This document shows, in pieces, positions 1 through 14,600 of a DNA stretch of 64,000 bases. The DNA is from Octopus vulgaris (taxonomy: Eukaryota). Made by a program: the position numbers and the translations under genes. The notes below the pieces were generated by a model. That model did no database searches, was not told where the DNA came from, and saw only the letters and a list, made by a program, of their open reading frames with translations. Every line of letters begins with the position of its first letter. Position 1 is the stretch's first letter. The DNA lies in contig OX597839.1 of assembly GCA_951406725.2 (NCBI GenBank), forward strand, positions 28,334,001 through 28,398,000, read 5' to 3'.

Positions 1-518
1 GTCAGAGCATCGAAGAAAATGATTTGCGTTATTTGAGTTGGGGAAACGTTCAGATTCTGGTTTCAAATCCCTGCGAAGTCAACTTGTCGGCCTGATAACT
101 ATTTTAAAAAGATTCTCCAGAGTCTGATATTTTCCTAGGCCAGTTGGACGGTTGGTGGCTTTTAAAGCGATTCGTTTGTGTCCGTCTTTTATCTTTTACT
201 TGTTTCAGGCCATTAGACTGCGGCCATGCTGGAGCATCACCTTGAAGAATTTTTAGTCAAATGTATTGAACCCCAGTACTTTTTTTTTTCAAAAGCTTGG
301 TACTTACTCTATTGGTCTCTTTTGCCGATTCGCTAAGTCACGGGGATGTAAACACACCAGCACCGGTTGTCAAGCGGTGGTGGGACAAACACAAAGACAC
401 ATACACGATAATACATACACACACACATATATATATATATGTATTCCACCTGCCTTCGTCTTTTGTTTATTTCCGTAAACCTGCCTTCGTCTTTTGTCTA
501 TTTTCATAAAGCTTCCCG

Positions 519-561
<43 letters not shown>

Positions 562-622
562 TCATAAAGAAAATGGAGAGTTTGAACACAGCATAATTTA
601 TTTACATTTTGACAATTCCATA

Positions 623-711
623 AGCCTACGATCGTTTCCATATCAATCTTCCTTCAAATGACAATCAAAACTGCATTATGAAATAACGAAGGAAGATATT
701 TCATCAGGGCC
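623..711 (-). ncRNA. Type I hammerhead ribozyme with long stem II (Penelope-like element remnant)
   Basis: Minus strand: GGCC-CTGATGA-A-ATATCTTCCTTC...GAAGGAAGATTGATAT-G-GAAAC-GATC-GTA-GGCT. Canonical core, GUA cleavage triplet, palindromic stem III. The 3' tail runs into (TA)n at about 520-560. Confidence 0.75.
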
Positions 712-837
712 AAAATTGACACTTTTGTTTTTATATCCGAATAAGATTGAGCGTTAATCAACGGACTAAAATAGTAGCACGCGTTCATTTATGAGTGAAT
801 GTGAATGTTTAAAAAGGAATCTACCTCCACAAGAGCT

Positions 838-932
<95 letters not shown>

Positions 933-1187
933 GCGCGCTTGCGACGGGATTCTTTCAGTCTTCGTCTACCAAATTCATTCAGAAGGCTTCTGCTGGTCCG
1001 AGGCTTATAGTACAGGACACTTGTCTAAGGTAGCACGCAGTGGGACTGAACCCCGAACCATGTGGTTGGGAAGCAAGCTTCTTACCACACAGTCACGCCT
1101 TGTTTAATTTTGCTTACAAAATCATTAATAGTGATGGAAATGGTGAGAGGTGATGTGCGGGAAACGTATTTTGTCGTAATATATGTA

Positions 1188-1232
<45 letters not shown>

Positions 1233-1238
<6 letters not shown>

Positions 1239-1785
1239 TAAGGGCTCCTAAATAAAGATGCCGAGTGCTGGGAACACAAAAAGGGGATGAATTTATCGAG
1301 AGTGAAAATCAAAAACGTTTACCGATAACGTTAACAACTCGTACCGCGGTTTCTGCTTCTTTCTAGCAAAACACAGAATGTGTTTGCTAAGGCCAGCTTC
1401 ATCAGCGAGTCGCCTAAATTTAATCGAGGTCTGCAGCGATGTGGGACTATGTGTTGAACCCGACTACTAGCAGATCTTAACTTTTCAAATCTCTGCGCAG
1501 ACGCAAAATTTACACGGGCCTTATAGCAAACACATTCTGTGTTTTGCTAGAAAGAAGCAGAAACCGCGGTACGAGTTGTTAAAGTTATCGGTAAACGTTT
1601 TTGATTTTCACTCTCGATAAATTCATCCCCTTTTTGTGTTCCCAGCACTCGGCATCTTTATTTAGAGCCCTTAATTGTATAACTACATGAATAATATTTT
1701 TCTATATGAATAATATTTTTGTCTTATGACTAATTCGTCTTTTGTGCTGGGCACCTGGTAGTAAATAATATTACTACCCTTCTTG

Positions 1786-1790
<5 letters not shown>
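1233..1790. mobile_element. Penelope-like inverted pseudo-LTR insertion in (TA)n with a hammerhead
   Basis: Near-perfect inverted repeat of about 157 bp (1233-1389 / 1524-1680), flanked by (TA)n on both sides. Hammerhead on the minus strand at 1335-1412. Confidence 0.75.
1335..1412 (-). ncRNA. Type I hammerhead ribozyme
   Basis: CGACTCG-CTGATGA-A-GCT...(hairpin TAGCAAACACA/TGTGTTTTGCTA)...AGC-A-GAAAC-CGCG-GTA-CGAGTTG. Seven-bp stem I (one G-U), intact core, palindromic stem III. Confidence 0.8.
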
Positions 1791-1860
<70 letters not shown>

Positions 1861-2122
1861 GACATAACATACATGTAGTGGGAAGGGGGAAAGGGTTAAT
1901 ATTAAAATAAAAATGCAGATTTTGTCCGAAATGACCAACTACATGTAGGATATATGAATACGTTATGTGTCTGTGCGTGTATGTTGTATGGATAGCTGTA
2001 TCTACGTACATATACACACATTTACAAACTTGTATAGTGTATGTGTATCTCTATATATAATGTTTCTGTTTTTATGTTTTCGTTTCTCATTGTGTTTTTT
2101 GATGTCTTGTACCCATATATGC

Positions 2123-2173
<51 letters not shown>

Positions 2174-2406
2174 GGTATGTACATATATGTATATATGCAT
2201 ACATTTATATATTATTTACATTATTTAAATGATCGAACGCCACGCATCCTTTTCCAAGTAGGATTTATATATATATACGTCTGTGTATGCAGACACATAC
2301 ACACACGATACAACTTCAAGTTCACTGATAAAATTATTGAATAGAGACGCGCTGGGGCACTCATACACATTTAAAACTTTTACATTTCATTGATAGATAA
2401 TATATT

Positions 2407-2437
<31 letters not shown>

Positions 2438-3585
2438 AGCATATATGTATGCATATCATTTCATTGATAAATCATTTAAAGCAAAACTCACAAACATACA
2501 TAATATTAAACACACACACACACACACAACCACCGACCAACAGATAAGAAGAGCATTTTTTCGACATGTATGACTGAACAAAGAGGCCGCAGTGTGAATA
2601 TTTATGTAACCTGTGGAATGTGGACTTGGTTAATATGACTGTCACGATCTCTTGTGTACTTCAGACTTCTTGAACACTCCGCGCACGCGCGTTCGTTCGT
2701 TCGTTCGTTCGTTTTTTAACGATTGAAGTTATAAATAATAGCGTGAATATATTTCGTTAAAAAAGAAAACCCCCCACTTCAGTACAACCTTCAACTTTTC
2801 TTTCCAATATTTACACGCTACAAGGCGACCCAGCTGGCAGAACCGTTAAGCACGCCGAGCGAAATGCTTAGCGGTGTTTCGTCTGCCAATACGTTCTGAG
2901 TATTGGCCGAGGTCGACTTTGCCTTTCATCCTTTCGGGATCGATAAATTAAGTACTGGCGTCGATGTAATCTACTTTCTCCCTCAGCGCCCCACCCCTAT
3001 TTTTATGCATAAATATCTTATATTTTACTAATTCATATATACTATGAATCATTTGATATTTAATATAATATTATATAATTTGTATACAATATTATAATAA
3101 ATTCCTAGCGTCCCCCAATCCACTACTTTCCTCCCAACGCCTCATTTTTCTCTAACCGACCCCTTAGGCACCAGCGCCTACTTGGACCGTCTCAACGCCA
3201 ACCGGGGTGTGGTAGCGCCCATCTTGAGAACCTATGGTTTAAACAAACACCAACACCACCACTAAATATTGGCTCTGTTTGCTTAAAACGCCAGTTTAAG
3301 TCCTCACTACAGCACCAACACTGTCAATTGTGACACCACTACAGACAACAACCACTACCACAACAACAACACTGCTGGTCTGACTAAAATGGAAAAAAGC
3401 ACCATTCTGTTTGCTTCGGATATCTAAGTGCCAACAGCAACAATCATCGACTTTGTTACTTCTAACAACACAAACAACTTGAACCGAAGATCAATACTTC
3501 AAAACATTAATCCTCTTCACGCACCTACCTAACACACACACAAACATACACATACGCACACACACACACATTATATATATATATA

Positions 3586-3822
3586 TTGGAGTCGAACTAG
3601 TGACAGCTGATGAAGGGGTTTTTTCCTTGTGTAGTATGTCCTGTACTCTGTTTTTTCTGTTGTAAAAAAATGGTTTTTCCGTTTTCGTTTCTCGTTGAGT
3701 TCTACGTCTAGTTGTGGTGTCCTGTACTCACGTGTATATATATTTATATATGCATGTATATATACATGTAGATGTAGGTACGTACATATATGTTTGTATG
3801 TATGCATATATTTTATTTATTA

Positions 3823-3828
<6 letters not shown>
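3586..3828 (+). mobile_element. Penelope-like 3' tail family, copy 1
   Basis: Highly similar to 33165-33432 (ctgatgaagggg...ttattacacta). Flanked by (TA)n on both sides. Confidence 0.5.
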
Positions 3829-3873
<45 letters not shown>

Positions 3874-4009
3874 CGCAGGCGTGGCTGTGTGGTAAGAAGC
3901 TTACCACACAATGGTTGTCTTACCCCCCATTAAAAAATTACCATTAAAAATCTGGGTTACCTTCCCACTAAAAAATCGAATTAATGTGGCGACAAGAGAT
4001 TGGATTGAA

Positions 4010-4615
4010 AGAGTTCTTCTTGTCTTGAGACAGCATTCACCCGGGGTGGGTTGAGCTGGCTTCATTCATCCTCAATGCTGCATCTCTCACAAACGCCGAC
4101 CTGGCCTGGCGATTTGAGGCTAACGACCGCGTGATCTCCAACCACTCCCTATTCCAGCGGCGAACGCCGTAGATATGGGGGCCCAGACTGGGTTCCAGAT
4201 CAGCCTTGACTGTCATCAGCCAGGTTTTTCGTTGTCCACCACATTGCTTTCGCCAACCCTGAATGGGAGCTGGGGCAATTGCTTCGTAGGTTGGGTTCCA
4301 GATCAGCCTTGACTGTCATCAGCAAGGTTTTTCTTTGTCCACCACATCGCTTTCGCCAACCTTGATGGGGAGCTGGGGCAATTGCTTCGTAGATGAATTC
4401 TCCTGGTTGACGACGGAGGGCAGACGTCTCGTTAGGATGGCTTGTCGGAGGGAGGTGATTCTGCACTGGTGTCGCACCGAATTGTTGGAGACAAAGTGAT
4501 GCCATCGGACACGAAAGATGCGGCGTAGACAGAGGTGATCGAAGGACTCTAGTCGCAACTAGATTGAAAGAGTTAGATCCTTTTGATTCAATACTTCCAC
4601 ACATTGTTGATTTTT
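4010..4615 (-). mobile_element. RTE-clade LINE 3' fragment with an internal tandem duplication
   Basis: Minus-strand translation RRQPGEFIYEAIAPAPHQGWRKRCGGQRKTLLMTVKADLEP...YGVRRWNREWLEI resembles the RTE ORF C-terminus. About 100 bp is duplicated (about 4189-4289 and 4293-4391). Confidence 0.65.
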
Positions 4616-4973
4616 GGCCTCCTCAATAGGACTGTTATGATTTGTTATTAAAATGTTGGCAGATTCAGTAAGATGTTTAATCTCTTCAGTTTTCATGTTT
4701 ATTCATTTTTCTTTTTTTCTTTTTGTTTTATTTAAATAAAACCCTTGGTTCAATAACACTGTGTATAAACTCTATACTTGGAATGATCAACTTTAGATAC
4801 TATTGGATTTTACTCATAAGGTATTGGGATCTCATATGTATACCATTCTGCCTAAATAATGGATCTACAGATACAATATCCCTGCGTATCTCACATCTAT
4901 TTTCATTCCTCCACCTCACTCTCTATTTCGTATCTTATCTAAATTAACTATTGCTTAACCATCTTCTCACACC

Positions 4974-5021
4974 GTCTCCAGTGAAGGGATATAATAAATA
5001 TCCTAGAAACAGCTGTAAGAC
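4974..5021 (+). ncRNA. Degenerate type I hammerhead
   Basis: GTCT-CCAGTGA-A-GGGATAT-aataa-ATATCCT-A-GAAAC-AGCT-GTA-AGAC. All three stems are present but the core is corrupted (CCAGTGA). Confidence 0.55.
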
Positions 5022-5719
5022 CTATTTATAAATGTTCTAAAATCTACACAGCCTTAGTTTTTTTTTTTTTATCTCATTACGGAAAAAAAATTATATACAT
5101 ACGCTGATATATTTGTTTCAGTAATTTGACTTCATAAATCCGAACTATTGAATACGAGATAAATCACAAGAAAACTTATTTGTTTTCTTTTGATTTACCT
5201 TGCATTTACTTCGTATTGTTTTGGCCTTACCCACGATCTTTTATACAATATATATATAGTGTGTGTCTATACACACACACAGGCTGGAGCTCACGAAGAC
5301 ATATACAAGACTCCCCCTCACACACACAAGCCATGTCCAATACCTAACGCCTACGATCACGAAAACAAGAATTCGTGCTGCTGTTGAAGTGTGAACAAAC
5401 GAATCCCTTCTTGGGGCAGTTTTGGTAAACGACATAAACGAAAATAACATCAGGAAGGTCAAAGAATATTCATTCTGTTGATGTAATGATGTTTTAAAAT
5501 ATATACACCCACCCACCCACACGTATACATATCTCCAAGTGTGTTTTAATTAGAGAGATGGGTATCAGTATGTGTGTGTGCGTGTGTGTATATATACACA
5601 CACATACATACATACACATATACATACACATATATACACACAGACACATATACATAGACACACACACACATATATACATACAGACACATATACATACATA
5701 CACATATATATATACATAG

Positions 5720-5750
<31 letters not shown>

Positions 5751-7231
5751 CATAGACACATATACATACATAGACATATACACACACATATGCACATGCA
5801 TATACACATACATATACCACATGTACACACACGCACGCACATACACACACATTCATACATACACAGAGGTGAGAGGTTATTTACTCTAGGTTCGACATAT
5901 TTTGACTGGAGCCAATCCAAAGATAAACACTGCTTTACAAAAGCAAACAGAAATAAGAATAACCACCACCACCACTACAACCACCTCCACCACCACTACA
6001 ACCACCTCCACCACCACCACCAGCCGATAGTGGAGTGCGTTGATGACTGAAGACTCGTAATTGACCGGTGGTAAAACGTGATAATGTGCCAGAAACGATG
6101 TGGGGCGAGGGAAATAGGACGGGGGACAGAAGGGCAGAGAGTGGAAGTATGAGAGGAGGAATGAGAGAAAGTGGAAGTGTGAGGGGCGGGGAAAGAACAT
6201 AAGTGCGAGGGACGTGGGGGTGGGGCATTGGATTGACAGAATCGTTGGAGCCTCGGTCGGATGTTTCGCAGTGCTAGTTCTGCTTGTATTCCGAGTTCAA
6301 ACCTCAACAATGGCTTACATGTGTGGCAGACTTAGTCCTTAATCTGTTGCCCGGTTTAATACCGCCGCCGCCACCACCACGACCCTGGCCTTTAGAGACT
6401 TTTAACGGAGTTGACTGTTGCAAGACTTTGTACCTGGTCTTCAGTACGATGACCCTTTTTCTCCCCTCCCACCATTTTTTTGAAAGCCCCATAAAGACTC
6501 GGGTTTACTGCCTTTCTCTCTTGATCTCCCAGTAAAATCAAAGACACTTAGTGTGGACTCAAATTCTTCCCGGATCTCCGTCGGTTTCGATGATGAGTAC
6601 TCAAGTCATTCGATGAACTGGACTATGTACGCATAGAATTATAATGTAAGTGGCTGAGTATTCCAAAGACTGACATAATGTACGCCAAAGCTAGATCTTT
6701 GAATTACAAAGATAGACCATACAAGGGTTTCCACAGTGTTTCCATCTAGTGAATATCACTCACATGATTTCAGTTCATGTTAGGCTATGGTAAAATACAT
6801 GTGCCTAAGGTATCATTCAGTGGAATCGAATCCGAGGTATCCTGACTGCGATACGAACATCATAGCAACATATGACACCAAAGAGGGATAGTGGTCCTGT
6901 AGTGTGGTGTCGAAACAGCAAACAATCTCTAGGCAGGCGGCCGATGTGGGAATTGTTTCAAGTTTAGGTCGTCTGTTACAAATTTTTTCGTCCTAATTTT
7001 GCTTAATTTTCTTCACACACACACACATATTATTTATGTACGTATGCGTGTGCATTGATTTCATTGAACAAAACAAAGTGGGGGGATATTCTATTGAGAA
7101 CAAGCTACCTTCTGTCTCAGCAAACCCAAAACTACATCTTGTAATGTGATTTCGATTTCCTTCACACTGAATTTTGTAACTTAAGCGGTACCTGCCTGTC
7201 TGCCCGCCTCTCTCTCTCTCTCTCTCTCTCT

Positions 7232-7270
<39 letters not shown>

Positions 7271-8061
7271 CCACCGATTATTAAGTAGTAGCACTCTTTC
7301 TTGTCGACGTTGCATTATGCAATTCAGAAATAATCCTATTTTACATCGATTCCATTTTCTTTCCCTCCCGTTTTTTTGCTACATAAAATTATTCCTCTTC
7401 GAGAAATTATCGTTTTTCTTGTGCAAGAATTGGTTCTTTTGCTTATTTTCATTCTTCGTTTTGTTCTTGCTCTTCATTTTTCTACCTCTTCCTCCTCTTC
7501 ATCTTGTTTTTCTTCCTCTTCTTCTTCGTCCTACTATTTTTTCCCACTTCTTCGTAACCTTTCTTCTCCGTCCATCTTTTCGTCTTGTTTTTCTTCCTTT
7601 TCTTCCTCTTCATATTCTCTCTCCCGTCTTCCTCCTTTTCTCCTTGCTCTTCTACACCATCTCCTACTTCTTCTTCCTCTTATATGAATTTCCTCTAAGC
7701 TCCATGCAGAGATATTTGACCGAATTTTAGTTTACTCAACTCAAGCTCTAAACCTCCATAACTTTCTCTGAAACTAGATAACAACAACAACAACAAATAA
7801 TAATAATAATAATAAAGTAGACCAGAAACGGTTTACATATGTTTCCCACTGTTCTGGCTAAAGTTAATTTCCAATTTAGCAACATTTTAAGATTATTACA
7901 TTATTATTATTATTACTTATTATTATTATTATTATTGTTATTATTATTATTATCTTTATTATTGTTATTATTATCATCATCATCATCATCATCATCATTA
8001 TTATTACTATTATTATTATTATTATTATTATTACTATTATTATTATTGTTATTGTTATTAC

Positions 8062-8096
<35 letters not shown>

Positions 8097-8519
8097 GCAT
8101 CCTTCTGCCAACCATTTACTTATTAATTTCAGTTAAAGTCTTTAGTTTTATTTTTCGTTGTGTTTCATCGTTCGTTTTATTTTTTTCTCATTTTTAGCTA
8201 TTTTAATCTGTGTTGGATGGGGTTTTTTTTTTATATGTGTCTTTCGAGATATATTGTTGCATTTTTAATTTCTTTTTAAAGAAGAAGAAAAAGATGAATG
8301 TAAGCGAATTTAAAGAGAACTGGAGAGAAAGAAAGAAGCTGAGTAGGAGAGACGGAGATGAGGTGCGGATAGCGAGAGTGTGGGACATGGGCGGATTGGG
8401 GGAGAGAGGATGAGAGAGGAAGAAGAGAAGGAGTAAAAGGAAATCGGCGAGGGAAAGAAGGAAGGAGGGAGGGAAACGTATGTGAGACGGGGTGGCTCAA
8501 TTTTAGTTTGTCTGAGATA

Positions 8520-9040
8520 TTTAATTACTGAGAGTGCACAACGACCAAACAGGGTGTCGGTGCAATGGCTTTATAACCACGTGATTTGAACAAACACGAA
8601 AGATGGATTCCGTTCATTAGCAACAGTAAACTATTAAAAAAAAAGACCAACTGTAAACGAACTTCCGTGAGGCCAAATCCATTGTTGACCATCTCTCCTC
8701 CGTCACCCAGCAATGAGTCCTCACTTGTGGAAATTTCGAGAAAGCAATGTTGTTGCCGCCAACATCAAAGCTTTCCAGTCGTGTCTGAAAAGTTCGTCTC
8801 TTATTATCGAAACCGCCCCGACTTTTGTTCCCACTCGTCTTTTGATCTCACCTCTTCGATCAGTTCATTTCCTAACTGACGAAGATCTTTCTGTTTCTCA
8901 CTCTATCCACTCTGATGTATCCCAGGGTTTGGTTTTACCCCCACCCCGTCCTCTTCCTGCCAGGCATCAATGCCCTACTTACCGCCATGTCCAACAATAC
9001 ACCCAGTCTTGCACAGATACAACCCGACATCTGACATATG
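8520..9040 (+). pseudogene. Decayed non-LTR reverse transcriptase fragment (CR1/L2/jockey group)
   Basis: Frameshifted motifs FREA(K/R)S..DHLSSVT, ESNVVAANI(S)KAF, ISSFLTD and SDVSQGLVL correspond to the RT motifs GFR..RST, LDISKAFD and GVPQGSVL. Part of it is duplicated at about 9687-9770. Confidence 0.6.
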
Positions 9041-10304
9041 TTGTGGCTGTGTGGTAAGAAGCTTGATTCCCTACCACATTGTTCCGGGTTCAGTCCCACT
9101 GCATGACACCTTATGTAAGTGTCTACTACTATAGCCTCGACCCGACCAAAGCTTTGCGAGTGATTTGCTCAATGGAAACTGAAAGAAGCCCGTCGTATGC
9201 TTGACAACCAGTGTTGATGTGTTTACGTCACAGTAACTTAGCGGTTCGGTAAAAGACACCGTTAGAATAAGTAGCAGGGTTCAATTGGAATTAAGTACTG
9301 GGGTTGATTCATTCGACTAATAATTCTTGAAGGTGGGGCCCCAGCATGGCCGCAGTCTAATGACTGAAACAAGTAAAAAAAAATACGGAATATCAAAGAC
9401 GATATCACATCGTGCTGAGAGAAATTATCACTTCTAGAAAATATTTCGATACGGACATCAAACTGATATGCCACCCTGATACCCCTCAATTATGCATCCT
9501 TCATACACAACCTAGGAACCGCGCGCCAAACAAGCCCTGATTCCTTGAAGCGGACTTTGAAAATAACCTCTCAATGGGGATACACCAATCTTGGCTCTTT
9601 CAACTGTAAGAAAACATCACAACATCTGGGCCCTCCCCTTAAGCAAAAACAGCGCACAAATGAAGCCCTGCCAATCATTCCTAATCTTCCGTGAGGCCAG
9701 ATCCATTGGTGACCATCTCTCCTCCGTCACCCACCAATGAGTCCTCACTTGTGGAAATTTCGAGAAAGCAAATTTCGAGAAATTACCTCATCAATAAAAA
9801 ATTATTTATGATCAATAACTAACTTTTTTTTTTGTCTTTGGCCAGTAAGTCTTATTGCTTACTTGCTTCTGTCTAGAAATCAAAGGAAATGACTACCGTT
9901 CCCTTCAAACTTTGCTTTTTGTAACCAGGACATCAATGTTTTGAAACTGACCTATTTTCCATTACATTTATATTTACTTTCGGTGCGAATGGCCTTCTTT
10001 GTTACGGCCGTGATTTACAATCCTGTAAATAATAATAATAATAATGGTACTTTTATATAAGCTTAGAGCGATCACCGCGCAATGACTAAGGAAAATAGTC
10101 TAATAAAGACTTTTTTTTTTCTGTCGAGAACTTATATGCCCCCTTATTAGGCTATTTTCCGTAGTCATTGTACGGTGATCGCTTTAAGCTTATTATGAAT
10201 TGTTTATAAATTTAACCGTTAAAGGTATTTTTTAATATGCTGGCCATTGATAAAATTTTTTTCGAGAAAATATTTTTTTTCGAAAAGAATTTTATCCTCA
10301 CATT

Positions 10305-10700
<396 letters not shown>

Positions 10701-11137
10701 TATATATATATATTTATATCCACGCCCCCAGTCGACCTATTTTTCGAAGAAAACAGACAGATATCCAACACACACAGCGTACCCTCGGGTACCATAGGCT
10801 GGCCATTGGGTACTTTTGGCTGGGGCCACCCTGTTGTAAATATTCGTGTCCGGTCTTGATTGATATTTTGGGGTTTCACTTCCTGTTGGAGCAAAGCGAT
10901 GGGCTGTGGTCCATTGTCTTTCGTCTCCGGTGTCAGAAGCTCTGGAAGAAATATTTCAAGGTCGCTGCGTTTCTTCATCTCAAGAAACTGCAAACAGTTC
11001 CCTAGTATGAGACACACACACATTGGTAGTCAATGTTAAAACTGAACATTGACCGCATTAATGTCACCAGACTGGGAAGAAAGCGGCAAAGTCAAGGAAA
11101 CTGATAATTCTCTCTCCGCTGACTGACTAACTGATAT

Positions 11138-11183
<46 letters not shown>

Positions 11184-11359
11184 TAGAAAGAGAGAGAGAA
11201 AGAGAGAGTGTGTGTGTGTGTGTGTACAAGTTAATGGAAGTATAAGCTTATTTGAAAGCGCATTAATGCGTGTGCACACACACGGACTGTCTCTTATACA
11301 CATGCACACACCCACATGCATTTTCTCACACACCTATATACATCCACGTACACAAGTAT

Positions 11360-11690
11360 ACACACACAAACCTATACACACACACACACCTATACACACA
11401 CACAAACCTATACACACACATACACACACACACACAACCTATACACACACACACAAACCTATACACACACACACAAACCTATACACACACACACAAACCT
11501 ATACACACACACACACACACACCTATACACACACACACAAACCTATACACACACACACAAACCTAGACACACACACACACACACACACACACAAACCTAT
11601 ACACACACACACAAACCTATACACACACACACAAACCTATACACACACACACAAACCTATACACACACACAAACCTATACACATATACAT
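11360..11690. repeat. Minisatellite AAACCTAT-(AC)n
   Basis: Tandem units visible directly. Confidence 0.85.
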
Positions 11691-14600
11691 ATATATATAT
11701 ATCACGCATCCACTGTTTCTCTCTTTCAGTCACATCTACACACACACCCACCCAACACGCCCACCCAACATCCATACACCGATATACCCACCACCCAATT
11801 AGTTTTCTTCCGGAAGACGTCTGCCAGTTCGTAATTACGATGGGATTGTTTTTTAAAAAGGCATCGTTTCTGTCCTGACTCAACTGACATTTCTCTTTCT
11901 CCTTCTGTGTGTGTGTGTGTGTGTGTGAGTGTGAGTGTGTGTGTGTGTGAGTGTATGTGTGAGTGTGTGTGTGTGTTTGCTGGGTGTCACTAGAAAAGAT
12001 CGCGTCATATCTCTCTCTCTCTCTCTCTCTCTCTCCTCGACACATTGCTGGGTCACAGACGAGGTTTTGGCCTTCGTGTCATGTCGTACCACATGACGAA
12101 GTTCAATTCCGCCGGGCCAACTTGGCCCATCTCCTCGGCAAATGGATTCCTTAACTCGACTGGAACCAGCGGTGGTGTCTCTTGGCACCAGTGTTTCTTA
12201 CAGGGCAGGGACCCGCATGCCCCCATCGGGTGGGGCCGTGAGAATCAAAAAGAGGTCGGACAAATTTGCCGCACATTAATAAAATCGGATGTTTTTTTTT
12301 TTATATCTTTAGTTCTTTTTATATTTTTATCTTTTAAACCGGAAGGGAAAGTAGTGCCCATGACCCTTGCAGGGCCTCCGAAACTGGTAGGAGGGGGAGG
12401 AAGGTGTCCTCAAAACGGAAACATGGCCCCCAATGCATGCATAAAGTTTTTATCGATGTGAGTAAGGACGCGAGCGCATTGACATTCACACGTAGACACT
12501 CACATACAATGGATGCCTATTAAAACATTTACCATCTCTCTCTCTCTCGCTAGCCTCATCTTTCTCCTTCTCTATCTATCTCCATGTATCTCTCTTCATC
12601 TCTCTCTCTCTCTCTACCTCGCTGCATCTCTCTCTCTCTGCCTCACCGCATCTCTCTTTCTCTCTCAAATCAAATACACCCTCTCAAAGTCATTCTAAGT
12701 TCTAATACTTCCTCACCAGACAATGCTTCGCTGAAAAGGTCTAACAACAGGGGAACATGTCACTATCTACCAAACACCAGACTCTCTCCCCACTACGTAC
12801 AACATGCCACCATTTAAATTTTTAATCACTTTTACCTTCCAGAGTTCTCTCCCTTGCATTCTTTTGACAAAAATTGCCATTACCGCTATAATTTCATTTG
12901 CTTAAACGTTTTTTTTTTTCTTTTTAATTTATTTTTCGCTTCGTTACTACACTAAGTTTATTAGTCCACTCTTGACTATATAAATAAATAATCTCTCTTT
13001 AGATATGCAGAATTTGTATTTTTTTTTATTTTAATCTGTGTTACTGTGTCACTGTTTTTACACAGAACTTATTCACTCACTCACTCTCTCTCTCTCTCTC
13101 TCTCTCTCGTACACACACAAACATCGTTGAGGATTTTGGTAATTTATTCATGTGCATATGTCTTAAATATATAAGCTTTTAGTTGTACTCTCTCTTTCTC
13201 TTACTCTCTCTCACTCTCTCTATCTATCTATCTATCTATCTATCTCTATCTCTAATACTGCTTTAACTCATTGCTTATCATTTTGCTATCAGGATTACTA
13301 AGGCAGCGAAAAGCAGAGTGGGTTGGCAGAATCGTTAGCACGACGAGCATAACACTTAGCACCATTTCGTCAGACTCTTTATGTTCTGAGTTCAAATTCC
13401 ACTGAGGTTGACTTTACCTTTCATCCTTTCGGGGTCGATAAAATAAAGTACCAGTTGATTATCGGGGTCAAAAGTTGATTATCGGGGACGAAATGCTTAA
13501 CGGGATTTCTTCCGACTCTTTACGTTCTGAGTTCAAATTCTTCCAGAGTTGTCTCTGCTTTTCATCCCTTCGGAGGGTCAATAAAATAAAGTACCAGTCA
13601 TGCACTGGGGGTCGATGTTATCGACTTTCCCCTTCCCCTAACATAGCTGGCCTTGTACCATCACCTTCCCGTCACTTGCCTTCCCATAATCCCTTTCACT
13701 TCTCGTCCTTCTTCCACTCAACTCTTCCTCTCTATCACTCCTTATCTCCACTCCCACTCACCCTCACGCACCGTCTCCTCTTCATATCTTACTCCTCTCC
13801 CCGTCCTCTTCTCTACATTATCATTAAAATCTATTTTAACATCTGCTCCTCCTCCTCCTCACCCTTCCATATGTCCACCCAACCTGTCCCATCACTGCTC
13901 ACAAAATTCGTTCTAACCTCAAGTTATCTGCTCTTCACACTACCACCACAACCACTACTACTTCTACCCCTACTTCAACAAACAGCGCACATCTACAACC
14001 ACCACCACCACCACCAGTATGATTAATACTCAACTACAAAAATAGCTATTACAACTACCACCACAACTGTAACTTCCACTACCACCTCTACTACCACCTC
14101 TACCACTTACAAAAACCACCACTGCTACTACTATGACTGTTCCTGTTAATCTGGTCAACGAAGCGGTCTGTTCGTGAAATTAACGTCATTCTTATCTATC
14201 TCCATGTATCTCTCTTCATCTCTCTCTCTCTCTCTACCTCACCACATCTCTCGTTCTCTCTCTGTCTGGCCGCTTTTCTCTCTCTACCTCGCTGCATCTC
14301 TCTCTCTCTCTCCCTCTCTCTCTGCCTCACCACATCTCTCTTTCTCTCTCAAATCAAATACACCCTCTCAAAGTCATTCTAAGGTCTAATACTTCCTCGC
14401 CAGACAATGCTTCGCTGAAAAGGTCTAACAACAGAGGAACATGTCACTATCTACCAAACACCAGACTCTCTCCTCACTACGAACAACATGAAAGACGGCG
14501 GCCAAATTCTGCCGAGGTCGACTTTGACTTTCATCCTTTCGGGGTCGATAAATTAAGAACCGCTCGAGTACTGGGGCTGATGTAATCGACTGTCCCCTTC

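Noticed and set aside
3607-3620. CTGATGAAGG core in the tail family (also near 33203)
   Set aside because: No downstream GAAAC or closing stems, so a complete hammerhead cannot be folded.
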